64,000 nt of DNA, from the NCBI GenBank assembly GCA_037441675.1, contig JBBIRS010000004.1, positions 30,607 to 94,606 of the forward strand, given 5' to 3'. Shown here one piece after another: positions 20,954 to 30,522 of this stretch; the first letter of the stretch is position 1; each line of letters starts with the position of its first letter. The stretch comes from Planctomycetales bacterium. Its GTDB lineage: Bacteria; 4484-113. The notes below the pieces were generated by a model. The model was not told where the DNA came from. It saw nothing but the letters and a program-made list of their open reading frames with translations, and did not search any database. A program made the position numbers and the translations under genes.

Positions 20954-21969
20954 TGACGCAAAGGGAGAGATACATCCTTTATTTACTGGTGGCTTTGCTT
21001 ATTTTTCTTCCGCTCATATTTACATTTAACGTATTTGAGAATAGACCCACGCCTGAAGTGAGGGGCGTTTACGACACAATTAATTCCTTAAATCCTGGTG
21101 ATGTAATGGTGCTTTCAATGGATTTTGACCCTGGAAGCGAGCCAGAACTTTATCCTATGGCTCTAGCTGTTTTACGGCACGCTTTTTCTAAGGATATTCG
21201 CGTTATAGGTGTGGGATTCTTCAGTCCGCAAGGAGTGGGACTTGGAGTAAGCGCATTTTCCACGGTTGGAGATGAATTCGGCAAGGTAAACGGTGTTGAC
21301 TATGTGTTTCTTGGCTATAAGCCTGTTCTTATTGCGGCGATTCAAGCAATGAATGACAATATCAAAGGGCTCTTTCAGGTTGACGCATGGGGAAGAAGGG
21401 TTGAGGAGCTGAAGCTACTCCAAGATGTTCCAAAGCTAAGGAATAACGTCAAGTACCTTGTCGTTTTAGCGGCGGGTGAAACCGTCAGACCCTGGGTCGC
21501 CTTTGGCTCTGCTAAGGGCGGGTATCCTATGGGTGCCGGCTGCACCGCTGTCTCCTTCGCAGATTACTTCAGTTTCTACCAATCCGGACAGTTGAATGGC
21601 TTGATGGGTGGACTTAAGGCGGCTGCGGAATATGAAGTGATGGTAGCGGATGATTATCTAAAAAACCTGAGCGGGATTCTGGAAAAGTCCAATTCACCTT
21701 TCACAGTAGAAGAAATCAAGGAGTTGATGGTCAAAGAAGGGGCGCCAAAGTATATCCTGCAGGCTCTCAGCAAACTACCTTCTGATAGAAAGTTCAATAC
21801 CGCTCAAGAATTCAGCGCTGCCTTCTTCAACGCAAATCTCGGTGCAGCCTCAGCCGGTATGAACAGCCAGTCCTTTGTTCATGCCATTCTGACTGTCTTC
21901 ATCATTATGGGAAATATCGCATACTTCAGAAGTAGGAAAAAGAAGCGAGCTGGAGGCACAAGTGCTTAG
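20953..21969 (+). CDS. Hypothetical membrane-anchored protein (DUF6754 operon)
   Basis: Terminal TM helices around a soluble alpha/beta domain; DFDPGSEPELYPM, SGQLNGLMGGLKAAAEYE; TAATG coupling to the upstream gene. Confidence 0.85.
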   Translation: MTQRERYILYLLVALLIFLPLIFTFNVFENRPTPEVRGVYDTINSLNPGDVMVLSMDFDPGSEPELYPMALAVLRHAFSKDIRVIGVGFFSPQGVGLGVSAFSTVGDEFGKVNGVDYVFLGYKPVLIAAIQAMNDNIKGLFQVDAWGRRVEELKLLQDVPKLRNNVKYLVVLAAGETVRPWVAFGSAKGGYPMGAGCTAVSFADYFSFYQSGQLNGLMGGLKAAAEYEVMVADDYLKNLSGILEKSNSPFTVEEIKELMVKEGAPKYILQALSKLPSDRKFNTAQEFSAAFFNANLGAASAGMNSQSFVHAILTVFIIMGNIAYFRSRKKKRAGGTSA

Positions 21970-22729
21970 CATTTGGCAGATAATCGGAATTTGGGTTGCG
22001 ACCGCACTAACCTTGATGATGCTGAGCTTCCTTTACCGCGACAACCCCTTCTTCCGATTAGCAGAACACTTGTACTTGGGTATCAGCAATGCATACATCA
22101 TATGGTTTACCTGGGACCAAATAATCGAACCCAACTTCATAAACCGCGTTTTCTTTCCGCCTTCAGGAACTTCCCCCGCAGAATGGCAGAGGGAACCTTG
22201 GTATATAATTCCCGGTCTCCTTGGGATATTGATGCTCACAAGAATGTTCCCAAAAATTGCATGGCTTAGCAGATGGGCACTTGCCTTTTATGTTGGATAT
22301 GCAGCAGGCGTTTCAATAGGTCCTACGCTTAATTCTTACATCCTCGCGCAGATGTATTCAACCTTTCCTCTCACTAACGTTAGTTTTAACGCAAATGGTG
22401 TAGTTAACCTGCCAAGCCTCATAAATTCTCTTCTTATATTTATTGGAGTTGTCACTGTCCTCGTGTATTTCTTTTTTAGTTACGAGCATAAAGGATTTAT
22501 AGGTAAAACCGCGCGACTTGGCATATGGGTGCTGATGATTGCACTTGGCGCAAGTTTTGGTTCAACGGTAATGGCTCGTGTCAGCCTATTTATCGGTCGC
22601 GCAAGATTTCTCGTTCAGGACGCCGAGCCTACATACCACGCCTTCAGTATTCTGCTTTCATTAGCGGTCATAATTGCGCTAGTTGCCTACTTTTTAGAGA
22701 AGAGAAAAGCTAGACCAGCACAGGAATAG
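21962..22729 (+). CDS. Hypothetical multi-pass membrane protein (DUF6754 operon)
   Basis: SFLYRDNPFFRLAEHLYLG, YFFFS, GASFGSTVMAR; overlaps the upstream stop codon. Confidence 0.85.
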   Translation: MLSIWQIIGIWVATALTLMMLSFLYRDNPFFRLAEHLYLGISNAYIIWFTWDQIIEPNFINRVFFPPSGTSPAEWQREPWYIIPGLLGILMLTRMFPKIAWLSRWALAFYVGYAAGVSIGPTLNSYILAQMYSTFPLTNVSFNANGVVNLPSLINSLLIFIGVVTVLVYFFFSYEHKGFIGKTARLGIWVLMIALGASFGSTVMARVSLFIGRARFLVQDAEPTYHAFSILLSLAVIIALVAYFLEKRKARPAQE

Positions 22730-22811
22730 ATGATGTTGAAACGTTGTTTGAAGTGAGAGCGTATAAATCTTTCTGCACTGCCAGCTTTGTTAAAATAATA
22801 CCCATTCTCAA

Positions 22812-23462
22812 ATGGGTGACTACTACATGCACTATATAAACCTAAACGCCCTTCGAGAAACACCACTCACCTGCGACCCCTTTGAATTCATCATTGTTCC
22901 GCCCTTTATATCACCTGAGGGAATGGAATCACTACTCAGGGATTTCCCGAAATTATCAGGACCAGGAAGCTACCCAATTTCTGAGGTCACGTATGGGCCT
23001 AGGTTTGCAGAATTACTTGATGATCTGAATAGCGAAGAATTCGCGGTGGCGGTAGGGGAGAAATTTTCCGTAAATCTTTTAGATTATCCGAGAATTATCA
23101 CGGTAAGAGGGCGTGCAAGCCTGAAGGATGGAAAGATACACACTGACGCTGTATGGAAGATTATCACGGTGCTTATATATCTTAACGATGGCTGGGAACC
23201 TGAAGGCGGTAGACTGAGGCTCCTGAAGAGCAAGAATTTGGATGATTTTGCCGCAGAAGTGCCACCGGAGTTTGGAACCCTGCTCGCCTTTAAGCGATGT
23301 GACCATTCCTTCCATGGGCACAAGCCATTTGAAGGCGTCCGTAGGGTAGTCCAGCTCAACTGGGTAAACTCAATCAAAAAGGCAGAAAGCGAGCTTTCCC
23401 GTCACAGATGGACCAAAAGATTAAGGAGACTTCTTCCATTTTTGCCAAGAAGAGGATATTAG
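22812..23462 (+). CDS. 2OG-Fe(II) oxygenase family protein
   Basis: HTD..LIYLN..GGRLRL..SFHG..RR; HxD...H triad. Confidence 0.85.
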   Translation: MGDYYMHYINLNALRETPLTCDPFEFIIVPPFISPEGMESLLRDFPKLSGPGSYPISEVTYGPRFAELLDDLNSEEFAVAVGEKFSVNLLDYPRIITVRGRASLKDGKIHTDAVWKIITVLIYLNDGWEPEGGRLRLLKSKNLDDFAAEVPPEFGTLLAFKRCDHSFHGHKPFEGVRRVVQLNWVNSIKKAESELSRHRWTKRLRRLLPFLPRRGY

Positions 23463-23623
23463 CAAGTTATCCGCGCGAGACAATTTAGCCAAGACTCAAC
23501 GAAAGCGGATATGCTCTAAGGACGCTGAAAATAAAACAAACCCACACTTGGTATAAAGTGATACTCAGTGCAACTGAGTATCAGTATAATTTACTTCAGT
23601 AGGAATAAATAATGTTTTTAAAG

Positions 23624-24357
23624 ATGAATCCCACCCGAACAATTATTATTTTCCTTGCACTACTCTTTGGAATTGCGCTTTCACGCCTTACTTTATCGCA
23701 GGACACCCCACCGGCAAATCTGGCGAGCATCCTAAAAGCAAATCCGAGCATCCGAGCGGAGGAAGCTCTGAAGTAATAGCGGATGATATTTCCAAGGCAA
23801 TAAGTGATTACATCAAACGGGATGTAAAACTCAAGGGAGGTTACTTTCTAATCTATGATAAGCAGGCGAATAAACCACTCGCTCTCACACTTACAAATAT
23901 TCATGAGGTATGGTTCCCGATTCCTCTTGATAGCCCTTCTCAGAGAGTATCAAAGATTGAAGTATCCTCAAAGCTAAAGTGGGAATTTACCACAGAATCC
24001 ACGTACGGTAATCGCATCTTACACCTGAGCGGTAAAAGTTCAGATGAAGAACTAACGATTGCGGTAACTTGTGAAGTTTTAGGTAGGAAGAAACCATAGA
24101 TCGGGGAAGGATTACCTCTTCCCCAAGCGAGAATAATCTCAAAGTTTTCTTGCAAGCGAATACTCTCGGATTACTATTTCGGTAATCTTGACGAGAATAG
24201 GATAGCCTTTAGCATAGGAAGGGATATCGTGCTGTCCCCGCCTCAAAACGGCGAACCGCTGAACTTTTTCATCTATCCCTACGTTGAAGTAGATGGGAAG
24301 GAATGGAAAGATGCCACTTTCCGTTTCCAATTTAGGGATTTGGACTCGAACTTCTAG
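23624..24357 (+). pseudogene. Chimeric remnant: EHP-repeat secreted protein joined to transglutaminase-like protein fragments
   Basis: Signal peptide, frameshift ~23700, EHP repeats, VWFPIP..YGNRIL, in-frame TAG ~24097, YFGNLDENRIAFSIGRDIVLSPPQNGEPLNFFIYPYVEVDG. Confidence 0.55.
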
Positions 24358-24379
24358 CTAGGCTTTCAAGCCCCAGCGC

Positions 24380-24492
24380 TGTAGGGTTCGTTTATGTAGG
24401 GCGGGGGCTTGTACCCCGCCGTTTTTCTGCACGATACAACTTCGCGCCCTACAGGGAGATTTTCGGCGTCATACAAGTTGACGCCCTACAAG
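24380..24492. repeat. GTAG-type REP-like cluster B
   Basis: TGTAG-GGCGGGG-N7-CCCCGCC (24395-24420) and inverted GGCGTCA-N7-TGACGCC-CTACA (24465-24490). Confidence 0.8.
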
Positions 24493-24520
24493 GGTTATCA
24501 ATCCCTTTAAACGCCCCTCT

Positions 24521-24557
24521 AAAAAACAAGAGGGGGCTTCCGAAGAAGCCCCCTCTT
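24521..24557 (-). terminator. Rho-independent terminator of the 1403-aa gene
   Basis: 13-bp perfect stem with UUCG loop, followed by a U-tract on the minus strand. Confidence 0.9.
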
Positions 24558-24583
24558 TCTACTGTCACAGATATGGAACGAGA

Positions 24584-27500
24584 TTAGAAGGTGGTGTTAT
24601 CTTCCTGATCGAGGATCCTACCCAAGAGGTGTCTGCGAGCGACGTTAGAGTTATTCGTGCCAGTAACTCTATTCCATGAGGTAGCGAACCAAGCGCCCCA
24701 GCCCTTGTTATCGCCAACACTACCGTTATCGCGCATACCGCCATCCTCGTACCATGGATAGTAGTAAAGCTCGGAGCAGATTGGCTTGGTATTGCTGAGC
24801 CATTCCCTGTAGTAGTAGTAGACGTCAGTCATCGTACCGTAACCACCAGTGCTAAGTACGTTAGTCACTTGCTGACCTGATGGATATGGATCACCTTGGT
24901 ACCATACGAAGGATGAGTCAGGAACGGGGAACTGTCCGTAGTCGTACCAGAAGAAGTAGTAGCTTGCACCCATCATCTCCCGGAACGAAGTCGGCAAGTA
25001 GTAGTAGTAGTAGAGATGCGAGTATGGCATAAAGAAGTTACCGCCCTTGTTTCTGACGTAATCATCAATAATATTAGCTTCAGTAGTGGAGATGGCGTTA
25101 ACGGACTCGGGTGGAGCCCAGATAACGTGGCTATACTGCTGGAGCTGAGTGGATGAGGTAATCTGGCTAGAGTTTAGTTCAACGAAGCCCTTTCCGAGAG
25201 CTTGCAGGTCGGACTTGATAGCGTTGTAGCTAGAGGTTCCACCATCGTTGACTATGGCGATAGGCTTGGCAACGAAGACCCAATCTTCCCAGACGTAGAT
25301 ATCCTCAAAGTTAGGCGCTGCGTCATCCTCAACGCGACCAGCTACTGTGTAGGTATTGCCAGGCACGTAGGTGTCAGTCGTGTAAGTGAATGTCTGAGGA
25401 CCAAAGCCAGGCCTCTCACCGTTGATGAACACCTCAACTTCTTGCTGGTAGTTGATACCGTCAAAGTCAATGTCAAGGTCGCAATCATCGTAAGGACCAC
25501 CCTCCGCCTCTGGAACACCACCGGAGAGCCTGAATTTCAATGTAACTGAAATCTCACCGTTAGAATCTGGAGCGTAACTGCTTTGGTAGACACTTCCGTC
25601 ATCCACGATGTCAACCGGCTTTGGACCACCAACGCTAACACGCACCTCACTAACTGCCCACAAGCCAAGGTCACCTTGACCGTTACCATCAGCATCAACT
25701 GGGTCAGCAGCAAGCGCATCAGCAAAGGTTGGATACATGCCCTTGAGCCATGCTCTGACCTTGATCGGGAACGGCTCGCCTAAATCGTCTGCAGGATTAC
25801 CGTTGCCGTCATAATCGTTGGTGATATCACCATCAATACCACCGTTGTACATAAAGGAAGTGTACCTAGGCCACTCTTCCCATCTTGGGATGGACTGACC
25901 GTAGTATGGACCACTTGGGTCATCCCACCACCAATCGGGCTTGCTCTGGTACTCGAAACCAAGAGCATCATCACCATCAGGCTCGTCAACGCCATCCTGG
26001 TCAGTGCCATGAGCCAATACCTCAACGTGGATGGTCTGAGGAGATCCCACGACGGAAACTTGAGCCATAGTGTCGTCGGTCTTGCCGTCTCCACCACGAA
26101 TGGTTACCGGAGGAGCGGCACTTGGATTAATGACCCAGGCGTAAACGCCGGAGCGTGGCGGTTCGTAATCTGGGTCACCAATCTGGACGGGACCGTCGTA
26201 CGGGGTGAACTGCTCTCCACCTCCGCCGCCGCCTCCGCCGCCGCCGAGGATGTTCTTTCCAACCTTGATGTCAATCCAATTCAACCAGTTGTGCAGGAAC
26301 GCACTGGTGCCTGTGCCACCACTTGCAGGTGTGGTGTTTAGTGCCCAACCATACTCAGAACCCATACCTGACCCAAGTCCCCCACCCCATGCGGGATCGT
26401 GGCTTGCCGCAAATGGCCACCACGTTGAACCGTATGGGGAGCTTCCAAGGACTGTGTACTGGTATGGCGACTGATCACCAGCGTAGTAGTTTGAACCTAG
26501 ATGGTGCTCCTTGTAGGTGAAGTTCAGAGCGGTGAAGTTACCACCAGGACCACTTGCTACAGGAGAACCAGTTAGACCGTAGCTTGGGAACGGACCATAC
26601 CAACCTACAGAACCCCCAATGACAAATACGTGACGGAAGTCTTGAACGATAACGTTTCCCTGGTCACTTTGATCTCTAAACCACCACTGCGTCATAGTGC
26701 AGATGACCGCATTTCCTCCCTTCACGGAGTTGATAAGAATGTTCTCAATCCTTGAATCCCATGGACCGCCTCTCGGACCCCATACACTCATATCCTTCAC
26801 GGGCGCGAAAACTGTCAACTCGTAATTATCCATTATAGAGGGGTCTGAAATTACATCAGCCTGTGGTATAACGTCGTAAGCAACTCCAATAGCATCTAAG
26901 TCTGCCGTCCACTTGTTCACGTGCTCGTCAGTCGGGTCATTGTCAATTATTAAAACGGGAGCGCCACCACCACCACCACCACCGGGGATCTTGTCACCAA
27001 CACGGAATTCATCAGTGTCGCCAAAGGCAACGTAGTTTGGATCGGGAATGCCAGTGCCCGGGTTCAAAACCGCCATAGCCCTCGCGACATAGGTTGCCTT
27101 GTAGTCATAAGGTGGTGGATCAATCGCTTTTACGATGTAATGTCCAAAACCAATGTATCCGTCACGGAACCTCCAGATAACGAAATCATCACCGAGGTTA
27201 TTGGTCTTTGGACCACCGAAAACGTTCGCCTTGAATATAGCGGGCTCAGCTAGGTTGAGCTCCTTTGGCGCTTCCAAAGCTATGATACCGTAAGGTCCAC
27301 CAGTTCCAAAACGAAGTACCTTTGTGTCAATGTCATAGTCCTCTGGCTTGGTTGCGTCAAAGATTGTCTCTTTGTTGGGCTTAACTCTGTAAACCCAAGC
27401 TCTATCAGGACGGTCGCCCTTCACATCGTCCCAGTAGATGTAACCCTTCTCAAAGCCCTGACCAAAACGAACGAATTGAAATCCATCATCTCCAATTATT

Positions 27501-28795
27501 CTAGCGCCACCGTTAACCATAAACGGCGGAGTAACAGGCCATCCTAACGGACCTTCCCAGGGAAGCTGTCCCTCAGGTAGCTCAGTGAGGAATGGAACAT
27601 CAAACGCCCATCTCTCAAAGATCACTCCAAAAACGGGGAATGTGCCGAGATAACCAGTTGACGCGGGCTCCTCATTCGGATCAGCGCGCTCTACAAACTT
27701 TCTTTTGTCAATCAAATCGCTCTGAATCTTATCGTTGTCAGAGGAGATTAACTGAACAATAGCTGAGTCCGCACCATATGGAACGTTGATGGGATAGTTC
27801 GGGTCGCTAAGCGGATACTCAAGGGGAGAAGTGGCACTTGTGTCCTTGGAGAACCACTGGACTGAAGCAAATGTCTTCAGCCCGGCGCCACTCTCGTATC
27901 CCGCACCGCCATCGTCATCTACGTTGCTCATTGGAGCGATGAGAACCTCATACCACTTAAATGGACGTGGCCATTCTAGTGGCTGAACTTCATCAGCTGT
28001 GGAGTTATACAACTCATAATTAGGTCCTTCAATCCAGAATGCTGGATCGGTAAAACCAGCAGCATAGGTCTGATCACCACGATATCCTAGCTCACGCCAT
28101 GGATAATCGCCCTGAGTACCACTGCTCGGGAGAAATCCCTGGTATACCTCAGTTACTTCAAACTGATACTCGCCAGGTCCGATTGAGCCACCACTGCTGA
28201 AGTAGTTCTCTCTCGGTACTCCAAGCCAAAAATAGGTCTTTCCGCGCATTCCTTCGGGGTTTGGGGTGTTCTGCATCCTGTCGTCAAATCCATCTCCATC
28301 TCCATTACTCTCCTGGTCACTACCCCAAGGGGGCTCCTCGGTAGGTGGATTGTTATCGTAGATATTTGGATCATACTCCCCAAAGGCAATGTCAGTGAGG
28401 TTTGGCTCATCCCGGAATACATAGCTTACGCCTCTTCCAGGAGCATGCTCCGCAGTGACGTTATTACCGTAAAGGTCAATAACATCCTCTACAGAAATGG
28501 GCTCAGGAACAGGCGCAGGTCCTGCCGGCTCAAGTGGGGTTGGGGGACCTTGCCAGCCCGGATGCGCTAACAGCTTCTGGAACTCCGGAGACAAATTGCT
28601 GATTTCGCTCTCCGGTATAACTAGACCTGGAATATAATCCGCGGCAAAGGTTCCCGCATTATCGGTGGAAGAAGTGGTAGCGCCTGGAGTTAATGATAGC
28701 TTGCTTCCACCACCGCCACCGCAGCTCACTGCAAAGGCGAAAAGACCCACAGTTAAACTGATAACTGCCAGTCTAAATAATCCCTTTGAACTCAT
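24584..28795 (-). CDS. Large Gly/Tyr/Trp/Asp-rich lipoprotein; surface or S-layer candidate
   Basis: 1403-aa ORF; AVSC lipobox; poly-Gly linkers; RBS GAGGTG; strong terminator. Confidence 0.8.
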   Translation of the reverse strand: MSSKGLFRLAVISLTVGLFAFAVSCGGGGGSKLSLTPGATTSSTDNAGTFAADYIPGLVIPESEISNLSPEFQKLLAHPGWQGPPTPLEPAGPAPVPEPISVEDVIDLYGNNVTAEHAPGRGVSYVFRDEPNLTDIAFGEYDPNIYDNNPPTEEPPWGSDQESNGDGDGFDDRMQNTPNPEGMRGKTYFWLGVPRENYFSSGGSIGPGEYQFEVTEVYQGFLPSSGTQGDYPWRELGYRGDQTYAAGFTDPAFWIEGPNYELYNSTADEVQPLEWPRPFKWYEVLIAPMSNVDDDGGAGYESGAGLKTFASVQWFSKDTSATSPLEYPLSDPNYPINVPYGADSAIVQLISSDNDKIQSDLIDKRKFVERADPNEEPASTGYLGTFPVFGVIFERWAFDVPFLTELPEGQLPWEGPLGWPVTPPFMVNGGARIIGDDGFQFVRFGQGFEKGYIYWDDVKGDRPDRAWVYRVKPNKETIFDATKPEDYDIDTKVLRFGTGGPYGIIALEAPKELNLAEPAIFKANVFGGPKTNNLGDDFVIWRFRDGYIGFGHYIVKAIDPPPYDYKATYVARAMAVLNPGTGIPDPNYVAFGDTDEFRVGDKIPGGGGGGGAPVLIIDNDPTDEHVNKWTADLDAIGVAYDVIPQADVISDPSIMDNYELTVFAPVKDMSVWGPRGGPWDSRIENILINSVKGGNAVICTMTQWWFRDQSDQGNVIVQDFRHVFVIGGSVGWYGPFPSYGLTGSPVASGPGGNFTALNFTYKEHHLGSNYYAGDQSPYQYTVLGSSPYGSTWWPFAASHDPAWGGGLGSGMGSEYGWALNTTPASGGTGTSAFLHNWLNWIDIKVGKNILGGGGGGGGGGEQFTPYDGPVQIGDPDYEPPRSGVYAWVINPSAAPPVTIRGGDGKTDDTMAQVSVVGSPQTIHVEVLAHGTDQDGVDEPDGDDALGFEYQSKPDWWWDDPSGPYYGQSIPRWEEWPRYTSFMYNGGIDGDITNDYDGNGNPADDLGEPFPIKVRAWLKGMYPTFADALAADPVDADGNGQGDLGLWAVSEVRVSVGGPKPVDIVDDGSVYQSSYAPDSNGEISVTLKFRLSGGVPEAEGGPYDDCDLDIDFDGINYQQEVEVFINGERPGFGPQTFTYTTDTYVPGNTYTVAGRVEDDAAPNFEDIYVWEDWVFVAKPIAIVNDGGTSSYNAIKSDLQALGKGFVELNSSQITSSTQLQQYSHVIWAPPESVNAISTTEANIIDDYVRNKGGNFFMPYSHLYYYYYLPTSFREMMGASYYFFWYDYGQFPVPDSSFVWYQGDPYPSGQQVTNVLSTGGYGTMTDVYYYYREWLSNTKPICSELYYYPWYEDGGMRDNGSVGDNKGWGAWFATSWNRVTGTNNSNVARRHLLGRILDQEDNTTF

Positions 28796-29305
28796 AAAAT
28801 CACCTCTCAGTGAATTTATACAATACAGAAATTATTTACACTAACTCTCCGCTAAGAGGCTTCTTCGCTAGTCTCTACTTCTGAAACTATCACTTCTCTC
28901 TCTTGCCAGTTCGCATCGTATATCTGGCGTCCAGTTCAGATACACTCCGCATCTAGGCATTCTTCCCTAAGCTCCTTACTGACGGGGATAAGTTACGGAT
29001 GAAAACGATTAGATTACTCGCCTCCACCCTTACTCCACTGCGGCAAACACCACAGTGGGTAGCCTCCTTAAAATAGCACTCATTAGCTTTGAACATCACC
29101 TCCTCTATTCGCTTTTCAAATTACACTTGGGGAAAACATCACTGCGCTCAAAATGCGCAAATCCACGACACTGGGAGAATTCTCGGGATTTTTGCGAAGT
29201 AGTTATAGTAAGTAAAAAAATAATTGCAAGAAATAATTACAACAATTCAACACTCGCCCTAACCCGATTTTCCTCCCGATTATCCGGTTGTTTTCCCGCG
29301 TAATA

Positions 29306-29334
29306 AGTATAACATAGTTTCAGTGATTTTTCAA
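29306..29334 (-). promoter_or_regulatory. Sigma70-type promoter upstream of the large lipoprotein gene
   Basis: TTGAAA-N17-TATACT with TG extension; a second candidate TTGCAA-N16-TATAAC at 29229-29202. Confidence 0.55.
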
Positions 29335-29397
29335 CTACCTCATAAAAAAATTTTTCTTACCAAAAGAGTGGCTGAAATTGCTGGCAAGAGAGCTTGG

Positions 29398-29660
29398 CTA
29401 CAAAGTCTTGTAGCGGATTATAAATCCCCTTCACTCTTCAGGGTGAACCCTACAACGTAAACCCGCCCTTCTCATATCACTTGTCGAGCATCAACTCGTA
29501 AGACGCCAAAATCTCCCTGGAGGGTGCGAACTTGAATTGCGCCGAGACTGTAGGGGGGAACCTGTGCCCCGCCAAGATGAAAGAAATAACGGCGACCCAC
29601 AGATGCTCGCCCTCCACAGTGCCGACCTCAAGTACGCCTACTCCACGGCGGAGGCATGAG
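29398..29660. repeat. GTAG-type REP-like cluster C (degenerate)
   Basis: 29480-29543 is an inverted, diverged copy of 24428-24492; TGTAGGGGGGAACCTGTGCCCCGCC (29549-29573) resembles clusters A and B. Confidence 0.7.
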
Positions 29661-29799
29661 CGATGATGGCGCAGATTGAGCGGGAGGGGATTGGCACGGG
29701 TTTGAAAGAATCTGTGATGTTTGAGATGTCCACGATGTATGTAAGGAACTTCAGCTTATGAATATTTTGTAATTCCAATTGGTTCCTAATAAGGAGTAA

Positions 29800-30366
29800 C
29801 TAGGATGATAACCCTTGGATTTTGAGAAAGTCCTTGGATTTTTCTTTACCGGTGTAATACGCTCGCAAGTTAACATCCAAATACTTTTTCCTATGTTCAG
29901 GTAAAATCCAATCTATCGCCCTTTCAATGCTTTCATCCTTAACCACCTTCTTAACTTGATTGAAAGCGCCTAGTGCAACAACGGAAATTGTGAGAGCTGA
30001 GCCGACTTCTACCGCAATTTCGGCGCATGGAAGGTAAATTGCGGTTATGTCTTCCCGCTTACTCTTGAAAGGTACAATGCTTGAATTAACTACCATTAAG
30101 CCACCCGAGACCATCTTAGGTTCAAACTTCTCAAAACTAGGGGCGTTCATTATAATCAGACCGTTTGGTTTAGATGGATGAGGACTGCCAATAACATCAT
30201 CGCTGATAACAACACTACAGTTGGCTGTTCCTCCACGACTTTCAGGACCATAGCTCGGTATCCAGGCGCTCTCATACCCATCAAGCATTCCCGCATAGGC
30301 GAGAAGAGTGCCTATTGTCATTATTCCCTGTCCGCCAAAACCCGCAAATATGTATTCTTCTAACAT
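29800..30366 (-). CDS. 2-oxoacid:ferredoxin oxidoreductase gamma subunit
   Basis: FAGFGGQGI, WIPSYGPESRGGTANC. Confidence 0.95.
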   Translation of the reverse strand: MLEEYIFAGFGGQGIMTIGTLLAYAGMLDGYESAWIPSYGPESRGGTANCSVVISDDVIGSPHPSKPNGLIIMNAPSFEKFEPKMVSGGLMVVNSSIVPFKSKREDITAIYLPCAEIAVEVGSALTISVVALGAFNQVKKVVKDESIERAIDWILPEHRKKYLDVNLRAYYTGKEKSKDFLKIQGLSS

Positions 30367-30522
30367 TCTAGTGAGAGTTATAAATTAAATTTGAACTCAT
30401 TCCTAAATATATTTAAGGAATATGCAAGAGTTCTTAGAAAATCTTTCTTTCATTATTAGGCTGAAAAATCCTTCCATAAATCAGAAAACACATTTTCGAA
30501 GACTGAAATATATTCCATCTTT

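Noticed and set aside
14412..29660. Hairpin repeats as a CRISPR array
   Set aside because: Copies are dispersed, degenerate and in mixed orientation with no regular spacers; no cas genes are present
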